Origin: Octopus vulgaris
Lineage: Eukaryota
Direction: 5' to 3'
Length of the DNA: 64,000 nt
Assembly (NCBI GenBank): GCA_951406725.2
Contig: OX597819.1
Location: 114,638,001-114,702,000 of the forward strand
Below, in pieces: positions 36,260 through 49,606 of the stretch. Numbering within the stretch: position 1 is the first letter of the stretch; every line of letters starts with the position of its first letter. Below the pieces are notes generated by a model, which was not told where the DNA came from, made no database searches, and worked only from the letters and a program-made list of their open reading frames with translations. The position numbers were made by a program, and so were the translations under genes.

Positions 36260-38687
36260 TCAAATAATGTGGAAGATAACTAGAGGTTCCTATGGGACAA
36301 CCTGTTGAGGGCTACTGACCAGATCTGTGGATGGTGTAAAGTCCCCTCTTAACCTAAGGTAACATGGGGTGGTGGAACAATGTAGTTGACAGTGGTATTA
36401 TGGAGAAGAAACAGGCATAAAAGGACTGGAAGAATGGTGATAGCAGGGAGCTGTATAAGATTGCCAGAAGGGAAACTGGGAGACAAGTTTACTTGGCCAA
36501 AGGGGAAGCAGTTAAGAAAAAAATTACCAATGTTCTGCAACATGAGGACCAAGGATTTGAAGGGTTTTGTGTTGCAAGACAGTTTGTGAGAGAGAATTGT
36601 GATGTCATAGGAGAGAAATGTGTCTGCATGGATGCGGGCTCACATACATTTAATGAGGCTGCAAAGAGAGAAGCTTGGAGACACCACTATGAAGAGAATG
36701 AATGGGAGACAGTCTGCCAAATGTTGACCTAACAGAGGGATCAGCTGTCTAAATTGACAGTTGGTAGATAATGCAATTAAGGATATGAAAACAGAGAAAG
36801 CCCCCGGCCCATCAGGAATCACTGCAGAGTTGCTTAAAATATCTGGCGATGTCAGCTATAGTCTAGTCACCCATATAGTCAACCAGGTGATACATAAAGG
36901 AGTCATATCCAATGACTGGTGTAGCAGTACCATAGTCAACTGCTACAAAGATAAAGGTGAAGCATTAGATACAAATAATTACAGAGGTATCCAGTTGTTG
37001 GATCAGGTAATGAAAATCACAGGGAGGGACATAGACCAACTAATTAGGGAGAGAGTTAGTTTAGACAAGATGCAGTTTGGGTTTGTGCCACTGGAGAAAT
37101 ACTTAGCCAAGGATCAACCTCTGTACCTGGCTTTTGTTGACATGAAGAAAGCCTTTGACAGAGTCCCCTAATCCCTTATTTGGTGGTTAAGGTAGAAACT
37201 AGGGATAGATGAGTGGTTAGTGAGAGCTGTACAAGCCATGTACAGTAAGTTGAGGGTTGGCAACGAGTATAATGAAGAATTCTGGGTAGGGGTAGGGGTC
37301 CACCAAGGATCAGTCCTCATCCCCCTCTTATTCATTATAGTACTCCAGGCAATAACAGAGGAATTCAGAACAGGATGCTCCTGGGAGCTCCTCTATGCTG
37401 ATGACCTTGCTCTAATAGTTGAGTCACTAACAGAACTAGAGAAGCAGATTCAAGAGTGGAAGCAAGGTCTATAACCAAATGGCCTTAGAGTGAATCTAGT
37501 AAAAACCAATGTCTTAGTAGGTAGAAAGGCAGACAAATCACAAATCCCTTTGGGTAGATGTACCTGCTGAATCTGTAGAAAAGGCATAGGTAAAAACTCC
37601 ATAAGATGTACCCATGCAAGCTATGGACACATAAGAGGTGTAGCAATATGAAAGGAAGGCCAACTGGGAAGATAGTTTTTCTGTGTGTCAAATGCTCAGG
37701 GGCAATAAACACTGAAAGCCTCCGTCACATTCCAGGGGAAAAAACTACAAGTAGTTAATAGCTTCCATTACCTAGGTGACCAAGTCAGTAGTGGGGGTGT
37801 ATACTCTGCGAGCATAACTACTAGAATAAGAATAGCCTAGGCAAAGTTCAGAGAGCTCCTACCTCTGCTGGTAACAAAGGGCCTCTCACTCAGAGTGAAA
37901 GGTAGACTGTATGACGCATGTATGTGAACAGCCATGCTACTCAGTAGTGAAACATAGGCTGTGACAGCTGAGGACATGCGTAAGCTTGTAAGAAATGAAG
38001 CTAGTATGCTCTGCTGGATGTGTAATGTCAGTGTGCATACACAACAGTATGTAAGCACCCTGAGAGAAGAGTTGGGCATAAGGAGCATCAGATATGATAT
38101 GCAAGAGAGACGACTGCGTTGGTATGGTCATGTGTTGTGTATGGATGATGATAACTGTGTGAAAAATGCCAGACCCTAACAGTGGAAGGAACCTATGAAA
38201 GAGGTAGACTCAATAAGACTTGGGATGAGGTGGTGAAGCACGACCTTCAAACATTGGGCCTCACGGAGCTAGTGACTGACATCTTTGAAGATATGCTGTG
38301 CTTCAGAAAACCTAGCAAGCCAAGTGAAACCGTAACCATGGCCTCTGCCAGTATAGCATAATCATTGGGCAATGGACTATTCCTGAGAAGACCTGTGGCA
38401 TCAAGTGAAATTATTGTCATGGCTGTTGCCAGTGCCACTTGACTGTGGCTCATAAAAGGCACTATTTAAGTGTGGTTGATGCCAGTACTGCTTGACTGGC
38501 CCTCATGCCAGTGGTATGTAAAAAGCACCCACCACACTCAGAGTGGTTGGCATTAGGAAGGGCATCCAGCTGTAGAAATCTTACCAGATCAGATTGGAGC
38601 CTGGTACAGCCTTCTCACTTTCCAGTCCTCAGTTAAACCATTCAACCCATGCCAGCATGGAAAGCGGATGTTAAATGATGATGATGA

Positions 38688-38690
<3 letters not shown>
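36260..38690 (+). mobile_element. Decayed RTE-clade LINE (RT domain to 3' tail)
   Basis: KAPGPSGI, NYRGIQLL, LAFVDMKKAFDRVP, GVHQGSVLIPLLF, LLYADDLALI, RRLRWYGHV. Tail ccatgccagcatggaaagcggatgttaaa(tga)n. Confidence 0.92.
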
Positions 38691-39364
<674 letters not shown>

Positions 39365-39444
39365 TATATATATATATATATATATCAACAATCAACATAT
39401 ATACTTTATATTTACTAAACTAGAAACTACTCACGTGTTTCAAT

Positions 39445-39805
39445 ATGAATGCAACCCATTTGTCTGATTCTGTTTTGTTTCCAAGATTAGTTGTTTTTAG
39501 TATGATACCTTTCTTCCTAATTGTGGGACTCGTTGGTAACATATTTGTGATATATATTTATGCACGACAGTCCCAGAAAAGCAATGTAGAAACATTCATC
39601 CTTGTATTAGCTGTTATTGATCTCATTGGATGTATTTTTGGAATGCCTCTGGAAATGGCTGAACTCTACCTGGCAATACAATCAAACTATTTGTGCAGAT
39701 TTTACAAGTTTGTTGTCTTCACCTGTTCTATTATTTCGTCTTCATTCTTCTTACCATTGCTATTGAAAGGTTCACAAGAATATGTTTTCCACATAGTAAA
39801 CAAAT
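39445..39805 (+). pseudogene. GPCR copy 5, truncated after TM3/ICL2
   Basis: TM1-TM3 homology, a 1-bp deletion near 39740, and homology ending at aaacaaat (39805). Confidence 0.92.
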
Positions 39806-39937
39806 ACTAATAATAACAAATTAGGAAATTTTAAGTGTTTGAATCATCCTTCCTATGTAAATTTTCTAAATTTGTCCCCAGATTTGTATTGTCCCTATTT
39901 GTTTTCTGTTCGGTCCCTTGTGGTCAATGAAGAAATG

Positions 39938-40970
39938 ATTATTACCTCTGCCTTAGCAAAGCCAGAGGTATTGTTTTCAGTGGTGTTTGTTCTTTGTCCG
40001 TGGACAAGATATCCCAACAACCGCTGGATGGAACTGTCAGGGACGTTTGGCTACATGACTGGCATGGGCTGATTAGATTTTGGGATTGATCCAGTACCAG
40101 ACAAGGATTCTGGATTATTTGTTATATTTACTTTACATGATGTATTATGATCTTACGTTGACTTTCAAGTCTTTCTCTGATTATCTCCCTTGAAAGCTTG
40201 CTCATTGTTTCCACGTAAGGTATGGTGACATTGCTGACCCCCAAGTTTTCTTTTCGTTTCTCTATTATTAATTTTACTCGTATTTCTAACATAGTAGAAA
40301 TTGATGGATGATGGATAAAGAAATCAAACTACATAAACAAACTGCAGCAAAGCTGTTCAGAAATTAAATAACTCTAACGTATTCAGTAACAATAATGAAT
40401 TTAATTTCTTCTTCACAATTTTTATTTTTACCAATCTTGAATATATTGCTCCTGTTTAAAACCTCTTACCTACTTGACAATTACATTTCTAGCTAAGCTT
40501 TACTTATTGGACTGACGTTTTGCGCGCAACATTGTTGTTAAACCTCTGTTAACAGTACCCTGTGCAGGTCCTGTCCATTTTCTTTCACACACAGATGAAT
40601 TTTTCATTATAGACCTTAATGGTTGTAAAGACATTATATCAGTGAATAGACTAAAGAAGACCTTCGGAGACAAAACTGTCCACGTTCCCACAGCGGACAA
40701 CACACACACACACATTACAATCATGGCCCACACATCCACCTTCATATTTCATTTCTACCATTGGGATCGATCTAGTACTGGACAAGGATTTTGGATTATT
40801 TTTCCATTTTTTTTTTTTTTTTACCTAATTTTTGAGAGTGCTTGAGTTCACTTTTAGTATTCTAATTTGTGAGAGCAGTCAGGTTTATTTCAGATATTCT
40901 CATTTTAAAAATCATCTCCGGCTAATCGCTGAGAGGATGCTGATGTTGCCTTGGCAGAGGTTTGTGCTCT
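39938..40970 (+). mobile_element. Helentron/HINE-like element with captured internal sequence (copy at 44510-45535)
   Basis: 5' ttattacctctgcc..gccagaggt and 3' ccttggcagaggtttgtgctct sub-terminal inverted repeats. Confidence 0.65.
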
Positions 40971-40975
40971 TGTTG

Positions 40976-41019
<44 letters not shown>

Positions 41020-41983
41020 GTTGTTATTATTAAAGTAGTGAGGTGGCAGAATTGTTGGTGTACCTGACAGAATTCTCAGTGCTATTTTGTCTGTCATAAA
41101 ATTCTGATTTCAAATTCTGCAGAGCTCAGCTATGTACTGCCCATTATTAATGTGGTTTCCCTTGTGTGGGTTCTGAGTAGTTCCGCTGCTCCTTAGCTCA
41201 ATCAGTGGTGAGATTCTCCTATTCTGTTGTGAGGTTTGGTACATGCTTGCCCTAAGTTCATCAAGCAAGTCTCATCAGCACAACTGTTGCGAGTTTTGTT
41301 ATTCATCTGCCAAAAGGTCATCAAACAAGTCTGCCATATAAATATATATAAACCATACAGTAACCTATTTAAAGCAGGTCACTTGCCCCTCATATGGCTA
41401 CATATTGCTGCTTTTATCTCCCTGAATGTTGTCCGCTTTTCACGACACTCTGCCTCCATTGTCAAAAGTCACAGCTTACTAATAAGTTAGACATTGAAGT
41501 CCATTGTTCAATCAGAGACACCACTTGTACAGGACAATGAAATAGCAAAGGACAGCCGTAATACTAATAATTAGTTAGGAAAATGTGTTTGAATCATCCT
41601 TCCTATGTAAATTTTCTAAATTTGTCCAATATTGCAATGCCGTAATCTTAAGTTAAATCATAAACTAAGCAAATCAGGATGTGTACTAATTTGTAAATGC
41701 ATATAAGTTGGATACCACACAACCTATTGCATTTGACTTTCATAATTCGCTCTGGATGTTTACTTCACATAGTAGTTGTATTCATGTAAGGACTTAACTA
41801 CGACAACTCCAGTATACGAGTTTGGATTACAAACAATGTTACGACAATAATCATTTTGCTTACCTACAAGTACATTCTGTGAAATTGTTGCATACATACA
41901 TATATATATATAAATGAACACACATCATATCTGCATATCAACTATCAACATATTTATATAATACTCACTAAACTTGTTTCAAC

Positions 41984-42907
41984 ATGAATGCAACCCATTT
42001 GTCTGATCCTGTTTCGATTTCAAGATTAATCGTTTTTAGTATGATACCTTTCTTCCTAATTGTGGGACTCGTTGGTAACATGTTTGTGGTATATATTTAT
42101 GCATGCCAATCCCAGAAAAGCAATGTAGAAACATTTATCCTTGTACTGGCTGTCATTGATCTCATTGGATGTATCCTTGGAATGCCTCTGGAAATGGCTG
42201 AACTTTACCCAGCAATTCAATCAAATTATTTGTGTAAATTATACAAGTTTGTTGTCTTCATGTGTTCTATCATGTCATCCTTTATTCTTTTTACGATTGC
42301 CATTGAAAGGTTCACAAAAGTATGTTGTCCACTTAGTAAACAAATTACTCCAAAACTACGCAATTCTCTTATCATTTTCATCGTTGTATTATCAGTTGCA
42401 TTGGTACTGCCACTTGTTTTCTACGCAAATGGTGTTCCCATTTTTCATGAAAACACAATGTTTATGAAATGTGCCAATGTCTTTAGAGGATCATTTCTTT
42501 GGTTATATGTTCTCATGGCATTAATTGCTCATAATATTCTTGTCCTCATTATGACTGTACTTTATTCATTTGTTCGGAAGACTATTAATCAGCGTTTGAA
42601 GAAAAAGCAAAGTAAAGAAGAATCTTCTCAACAAGAACGAATCCGTCACACAGACATTGTACTTGTCACAATCTCAATTTTGTTTTGTGTGAGTTTTACA
42701 CCGATCCTGCTTTTTTTGATCATATATCCATATTGTAAAGAGTCTAACTTATTACAGATTTTGAAAGTAGTTTTACTTCGTACTTGGATACTAAGTTCAT
42801 CCTTAAATCCCATGGTGTATGGATTTTGTAACAAAATATTCCGCGAAAGTTTTGTAAATATATTTACTAGGAGTAAAATTGTCTTTGAAATGGAGCAGAA
42901 ATTTTAG
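41984..42907 (+). CDS. Intronless class A orphan GPCR, copy 6, 307 aa
   Basis: Intact ORF with GN, LAVID, ERF, SFTP and SSSLNPMVY. Confidence 0.95.
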   Translation: MNATHLSDPVSISRLIVFSMIPFFLIVGLVGNMFVVYIYACQSQKSNVETFILVLAVIDLIGCILGMPLEMAELYPAIQSNYLCKLYKFVVFMCSIMSSFILFTIAIERFTKVCCPLSKQITPKLRNSLIIFIVVLSVALVLPLVFYANGVPIFHENTMFMKCANVFRGSFLWLYVLMALIAHNILVLIMTVLYSFVRKTINQRLKKKQSKEESSQQERIRHTDIVLVTISILFCVSFTPILLFLIIYPYCKESNLLQILKVVLLRTWILSSSLNPMVYGFCNKIFRESFVNIFTRSKIVFEMEQKF

Positions 42908-43530
42908 AATTTGGTTTACACTACACTTTCAATAGAGGGGAATACTTTCAAGCAGCAGAGACAGCTATTTTGCTAACAATTTTTAACAAAATACACTGTT
43001 TTTTCTTTGTGATTTTTGTGCAATATTGAAAATAGCTCACAAAGTTTGAAGTATTTAATGAAATAACCAACTTGCTCGTTATTTTGCTGATGTTTGGACA
43101 TGATTAAATTTTCTTTCATAAAATTTGAATGTTTAAATTTAAATGTGAATCTTTTAGAATATGCTATTTTGATCCTTGACCCAGAGTCAATGTAAGGTAA
43201 GTTAGTATCAGAAAAGTCTATTTGAACTCTTAAACAATTTCTCTATTGTATATATGTTTTAGTTTCTGTTGTTAGTTTATACCATCCATGAAACATAACT
43301 GTTTGTGTAAGTTCTACTTTAAACTTAAAACCATTTGGATCCTACAGTTTCCATATTACATGTGAAATATTCATTAAAAGAGAACTGAAAAGAAAAACTA
43401 AATTGTTGCCGTTATTGTTGCCACTGTAATCATCATCCTCATCATAATCATGATGGTGATCATCATACAAGAAATCTAAGTTGTTATTGGTTTTGAAATT
43501 GTTTCAGAATTGCTGAAAATCATTTTCATA

Positions 43531-44508
43531 CAGACCAATGAAGGTGGCTTGGCACCTGGAGTGTTGGCAAGTTCTCACAGCTTTCTGCTAATTAGGCAAC
43601 GCAGTCTGTGGAAGTTCCACCATGGAGTTCTATAGAAGATTAGTGGTGGGCAAGAGCGACGATGTCCTCGGGGAAACTCAGGGAGTCGGAAGGAATCAAT
43701 TAACTGGTCTTTTCTGGAAGGCTTTCAGGCCAGGGCCTATGGATAACTTCCAGAAATCCGTCGCCTGACAGTGCTATCAGGGAGCTCTGCTGATTTGAGA
43801 CAAGCTGTACAGACACAGAATTACTGTCAGACACACCTGTACGAGGTGTTGGAAGGGTAACACAACCATCCTGCATGCTCTGACCCAGTGTCCGTGTATT
43901 AGTGATTTGTAGAGCTTTCTTGAACAGCTGTTATCATGTGTAGGATGGATCTGGTTATCAGCCAAGTCCATCATGAAGATCACTCCATTTTCTTTTGGCC
44001 AGGATAGAAAGGCAGTTTTCCTCTGTCTGGTGGCTATGGCGAAGGAGTTAGTGTGGTGGATGAGATTGAAAGGACTGAAGATGGTTACTTTCCTCTTTGG
44101 CCAAGCCTTCATTGGCCATTTCAAGTTTCACTTGAATAGAGAAGTGAGAGTAGAGAAGGAAGTTCTGCTCCCCTCCCCCAGTAAATTTGTGAAAGGTGGT
44201 TGCGTTTGGCAAGGATGGCCTGTGTGAACGGGCCTACTCTGAACTTTCATTCATAGACCAGGGGATTTGAAGAGGAGAGAGGCGTCTACTGAGGTGCATC
44301 TGGCGGATGGGATAACCAGAATGTGTGAGATTCCTCAGTTGTCCCTGTGAGGAACACCCAGCTTTTGGTGAATTTTATTGTTTAATTGTATTGTTAATTG
44401 TCATTATTTTATTGTTTGCTTGATTTTTGTGTTAAACCCCACATGTCCCCAGATTTGTATTGTCCCTATTTGTTTTCTGTTCGGTCCCTTGTGGTCAATG
44501 AAGAAATG
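43531..44508 (+). mobile_element. Tx1/L1-clade LINE 3' fragment
   Basis: C..C..TILHALTQCP knuckle, then AVFLCLVAMAKELVWWMRLKG..HFKFHL, a T-rich 3' UTR and tail cccttgtggtcaatgaagaaat. Confidence 0.7.
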
Positions 44509-45530
44509 ATTATTACCTCTGCCTTAGCAAAGCCAGAGGTATTGTTTTCAGTCATGTTTGTTGTTTGTCCGTGGACAAGATATCCCAACAACTGCTGGAT
44601 GGAACTGTCAGGGACGTTTGTCTACATGATTGGCATGAGCTGAATAGATTTTGGGATTGATCCAGTACCAGACAAGGATTCTGGATTATTTGTTATATTT
44701 ACTTTACATGATGTATTATGATCTTACGTTGACTTTCAAGTCTTTCTCTGATTATCTCCCTTGAAAGCATGCTCATTGTTTCCACGTAAGGTATGGTGAC
44801 ATTGCTGACCCCCAAGTTTTCTTTTTGTTTCTCTATTATTAATTTTACTCGTATTTCTAACATAGAAATTGATGGATGATGGATAAAGAAATCGAACTAC
44901 ATAAACAAACGGCAGCAAAGCTGTTCAGAAATTAAATAACTCTAACATATTCAGTAACAATAATGAATTTAATTTCTTCTTCACAATTTTTATTTTTACC
45001 AATCTTGAATATATTGCTCCTGTTTAAAACCTCTTACCTACTTGACAATTACATTTCTATCTAAGTTTTACTTATTGGACTGATGTTTTGCGTGCAACAT
45101 TGTTGTTAAACCTCTGTTAACAGTACCCTGTGCAGGTCCTGTCCATTTTCTTTCACACACAGATGAATTTTTCATTATAGACCTTAATGGTTGTAAAGAT
45201 ATTATATCAGTGAATAGACTAAAGAAGACCTTCGGAGACAAAACTGTCCACGTTCCCACAGCGGACAACACACACACACACAACATTACAATCATGGCCC
45301 ACACATCCACCTTCATATTTCATTTCTACCATTGGGATCGATCTAGTACTGGACAAGGATTTTGAATTATTTTTCTGTTTTCTTTTTTTTTACCTAATTT
45401 TTGAGAGTGCTTTGAGTTCACTTTTAGTATTCTAATTTGTGAGAGCAGTCAGGTTTATTTCAGATATTCTCATTTTAAAAATCATCTCCGGTTAATCGCT
45501 GAGAGGATGCTGATGTTGCCTTGGCAGAGG

Positions 45531-45572
<42 letters not shown>

Positions 45573-46540
45573 GTTGTTATTATTAAAGTAGTGAGGTGGC
45601 AGAATTGTCGGTGTACCTGACAGAATTCTCAGTGCTATTTTGTCTGTCATAAAATTCTGATTTCAAATTCTGCAGAGCTCAGCTATGTACTGCCCGTTAT
45701 TAATGTGGTTTCCCTTGTGTGGTTTCTGAGTAGTTCCGCTGCTCCTTAGCTCAATCAGTGGTGAGATTCTCCTATTCTGTTGTGAGGTTTGGTACATGCT
45801 TGCCCTAAGTTCATCAAGCAAGTCTCATCAGCACAACTGTTGCGAGTTTTGTTATTCATCTGCCAAAAGGTCATCAAATAAGTCTGCCATATAAATGTAT
45901 ATAAACCATACAGTAACCTATTTAAAGCAGGTCACTTGCCCCTCATATGGCTACATATTGCTGCTTTTATCTCCCTGAATGTTGTCCGCTTTTCACGACA
46001 CTCTGCCTCCATTGTCAAAAGTCACAGCTTACTAATAAGTTAGACATTGAAGTCCATTGTTCAATCAGAGACACCACTTGTACTGGACAATGAAATAGCA
46101 AAGGACAGCTGCAATACTAATAACAAATTAGGAAAATGTAAGTGTTTGAATCATCCTTCCTATGTAAATTTTCTAAATTTGTCCAATATTGCAATGCCGT
46201 AATCTTAAGTTAAATCATAAACTAAGCAAATCAGGATGTGTACTAATTTGTAAATGCATATAAGTAGGATACCACACAACCTATTGCATTTGACTTTCAT
46301 AATTCGCTCTGGATGTTTACTTCACATAGTAGTTGTATTCATGTAAGGACTTAACTACGACAACTCCAGTATACGAGTTTGGATTACAAACAATGTTACG
46401 ACAATAATCATTTTGCTTACCTACAAGTACATTCTGTGAAATTGTTGCACACATACATATATATATATAAATGAACAAACATCATATCTGCATATCAACT
46501 ATCAACATATTTATATAATACTCACTAAACTTGTTTCAAC

Positions 46541-47464
46541 ATGAATGCAACCCATTTGTCTGATCCTGTTTCAATTTCAAGATTAGTTGTTTTTAGTATG
46601 ATACCTTTCTTCCTAATTGTGGGACTCGTTGGTAACATGTTTGTGGTATATATTTATGCATGCCAATCCCAGAAAAGCAATGTAGAAACATTCATCCTTG
46701 TACTGGCTGTCATTGATCTCATTGGATGTATCCTTGGAATGCCTCTGGAAATGGTTGAACTCTACCCTGCAATTCAATCAATATATTTGTGCAGATTTTA
46801 CAAGTTTGTTGTCTTCATCTGTTCAACCATGTCATCCTTTATTCTTTTTACGATTGCCATTGAAAGGTTCACAAGAGTATGTCGTCCACTTAGTAAACAA
46901 ATTACTCCAAAACTACGCAATTCTCTTATCATTTTCATCATTGTATTATCAATTGCCATGGTACTGCCACCTGTTTTCTACACAGAAGGTGTTCCCATTT
47001 TTCATGAAAACACAGTGTTTATGAAATGTGCCAATGTTTTTAGAGGATCATTTCTTTGGTCATATGTTGTCATGGCATTAATTGTTCAGAGTATTCTTGT
47101 CCTCATCATCACTGTACTTTATTCATTTGTTCGGAAGACTATTAATCAGCGTTTGAAGAAAAAGCAAAGTAAAGAAGAATCTTCTCAACAAGAACGAATC
47201 CGTCACACAGACATTGTACTTGTCACAATCTCAATTTTGTTTTGTGTGAGTTTTACACCGGTCCTGCTTTTTTCGATCATATATCCATATTGTAAAGAGT
47301 CTAACTTATTACAGATTTTGAAAGTAGTTTTACTTCGTACTTGGATACTAAGTTCATCCTTAAATCCCATGGTGTATGGATTTTGTAACAAAATATTCCG
47401 CGAAAGTTTTTTAAATATATTTACTAGGAGTAAAATTGTCTTTGAAATGGAGCAGAAATTTTAG
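46541..47464 (+). CDS. Intronless class A orphan GPCR, copy 7, 307 aa
   Basis: Intact ORF with the same motifs as copy 6. Confidence 0.95.
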   Translation: MNATHLSDPVSISRLVVFSMIPFFLIVGLVGNMFVVYIYACQSQKSNVETFILVLAVIDLIGCILGMPLEMVELYPAIQSIYLCRFYKFVVFICSTMSSFILFTIAIERFTRVCRPLSKQITPKLRNSLIIFIIVLSIAMVLPPVFYTEGVPIFHENTVFMKCANVFRGSFLWSYVVMALIVQSILVLIITVLYSFVRKTINQRLKKKQSKEESSQQERIRHTDIVLVTISILFCVSFTPVLLFSIIYPYCKESNLLQILKVVLLRTWILSSSLNPMVYGFCNKIFRESFLNIFTRSKIVFEMEQKF

Positions 47465-48177
47465 AATTTGGTTTACACTACACTTTCAATAGAGGGGAAT
47501 ACTTTCAAGCAGCAGAGACAGCTATTTTGCTAACAATTTTTAACAAAATACACTGTTTTTTCTTTGTGATTTTTGTGCAATATTGAAAATAGCTCAAAGT
47601 TTGAAGTATTTAATGAAATAACCAACTTGCTCATTATTTTGCTGATGTTTGGACATAATTAAATTTTCTTTCATAAACTTTGAATGTTTAAATTTAAATG
47701 TGAACCTTTTAGAATATGTTATTTTGATCCTTGACCCAGAGTCAATGTAAGGTAAGTTAGTATCAGAAATGTCTATTTGAACACTTAAGCAATTTCTCTA
47801 TTGTATATTTGTTTTAGTTTCTGTTGTTAGTTTATACCATCCATGAAACATAACTGTTTGTGTAAGTTCTACTCAAAACCATTTGGATCCTACAGTTTCC
47901 ATATTACATATGAAATATTCATTAAAAGAGAACTGAAAAGAAAAACTAAATTGTTGCTCTTGTTGTTGCCACTGTAATCATCATCATCATTTTCATCATC
48001 ATCATCATCATCATTGTCCTCATCATCATCATCTTCATCATCATCATCATTATCATCATGGTGATCATCATTCAAGAAATCTAAGTTGTTATTGGTTTTG
48101 AAATTGTTTCAGAATTGCTGAAAATCATTTTCATACCAGTGCAGTCATGAAAGAAGTGTGTTCCTATCTTTGATATA

Positions 48178-48415
48178 CTCTCTTATATTCTTTTACTTGT
48201 TTCAGTCATCTGACGGCAGCCATGCTGGAGCACTGCCTTTAGTTGAGGAAATCGATCCCAGGACTTATTCTTTGTAAGCCTAGTACTTATTCTATCGGTC
48301 TCTGTTGCTGAACCGCTAAGTTACGCGGATGTAAACACACCAGCCTTGGTTCTCAAGCGATGTTGGGGGAGCGAACACAGACACACAAACATATACACAC
48401 ACACATACATATATA

Positions 48416-48457
<42 letters not shown>

Positions 48458-48705
48458 AAGCCCATCGTATATATGTATATATATATATATATCATCATCA
48501 TTGTTAAACGATGATGATATATATATATATACATATATATGATGGGCTTCTTTCAGTTTCCGTCTACCAAATCCACTCACAAGGCTTTGGTTAGCCCAAG
48601 GCTATAGTAGAAGACACTTGTCCAAGGTGCCATGCAGTCGGACTGAACCCGGAACCATGTGGTTTGTAAGCAAGCTACTTACCACACAGCCACTCCTATG
48701 CCTAG
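48178..48705 (-). mobile_element. tRNA-derived SINE with internal microsatellite, TSD gatata
   Basis: Minus-strand head aggagtggctgtgtggtaag..ggttcagtcc. TSD at 48172-48177 and 48706-48711. The empty site is visible in the paralogous sequence at about 49170. Confidence 0.85.
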
Positions 48706-49407
48706 GATATATTGAATTTATGGAATGAATCCTGTTTGTAAATGTGTTGAGCCTAGTAATTTTATGTTTTTGAGATTGTATTTAAAAGATGGCTTGAATT
48801 TTTGATGTTTGTTTTGTTATGTATTTTTTGTTTTGTTTTTTATCACCTCCTCACTACTAATTGAGAAGAGATCTTTTTTCTTGCTCTTGAGGATCTGATT
48901 TCATCTCACAGGCTTTGATAAAATGAAGTACCATTCAAGGAGTTGTGTTTATGGTATCGGTTTACTTCCTCCCCTTTAAACTTTTGACTTTATACCTAAA
49001 TTAGAAATTATTATTGTTGTCATCATCATAATTATAATCATCATCATCATTGTCATCATCATCATCATCACCATCATCACCATGGTGATCATCAAACAAG
49101 AAATCTAAGTTCAGAATTGCTGAAAATCATTTTCATGCCAGTGCAGTGGTGAAAGAAGTGTGTTCCTATGTTTGATATATTGAATTTATGGAATGAATCC
49201 TGTTTGTAAATGTGTTGAGCCTTGTAATTTTATGCTTTGGAGATTGTATTTAAAGGATGGCTGGAATTGTTCATATTCATTTTGCTGTGTCTTTTGTTGC
49301 TTATCCCCACATCACTCCTAATTAGGAAAACCTATTTTCTCCTGCTCTTTAGCATCTGATTTTATTTTCTCCGAAGGTGAACTTTCCAGTTTTGATAAAA
49401 TTATTAC

Positions 49408-49562
49408 TAAGGTGGTGAGCTGGCAGATCCATTAACATACTGGGTGAAAATGCTGAGTTCAGATTTTGTTGGGGTCAACTTTGCCTTTCATCCTTTTACA
49501 GTTGATGTAGTTGACCAGCCCCCTCCTCCAAAATTTGAAGCCCTGTGCCTATATTAGAAAGG

Positions 49563-49606
<44 letters not shown>

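Larger units (their letters stand above)
39873..48135 (+). repeat. About 4.56 kb tandem duplication (39873-43530 vs 44445-48135) carrying GPCR copies 6 and 7
   Basis: Colinear near-identity with an ATG offset of 4557 bp. Confidence 0.92.
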
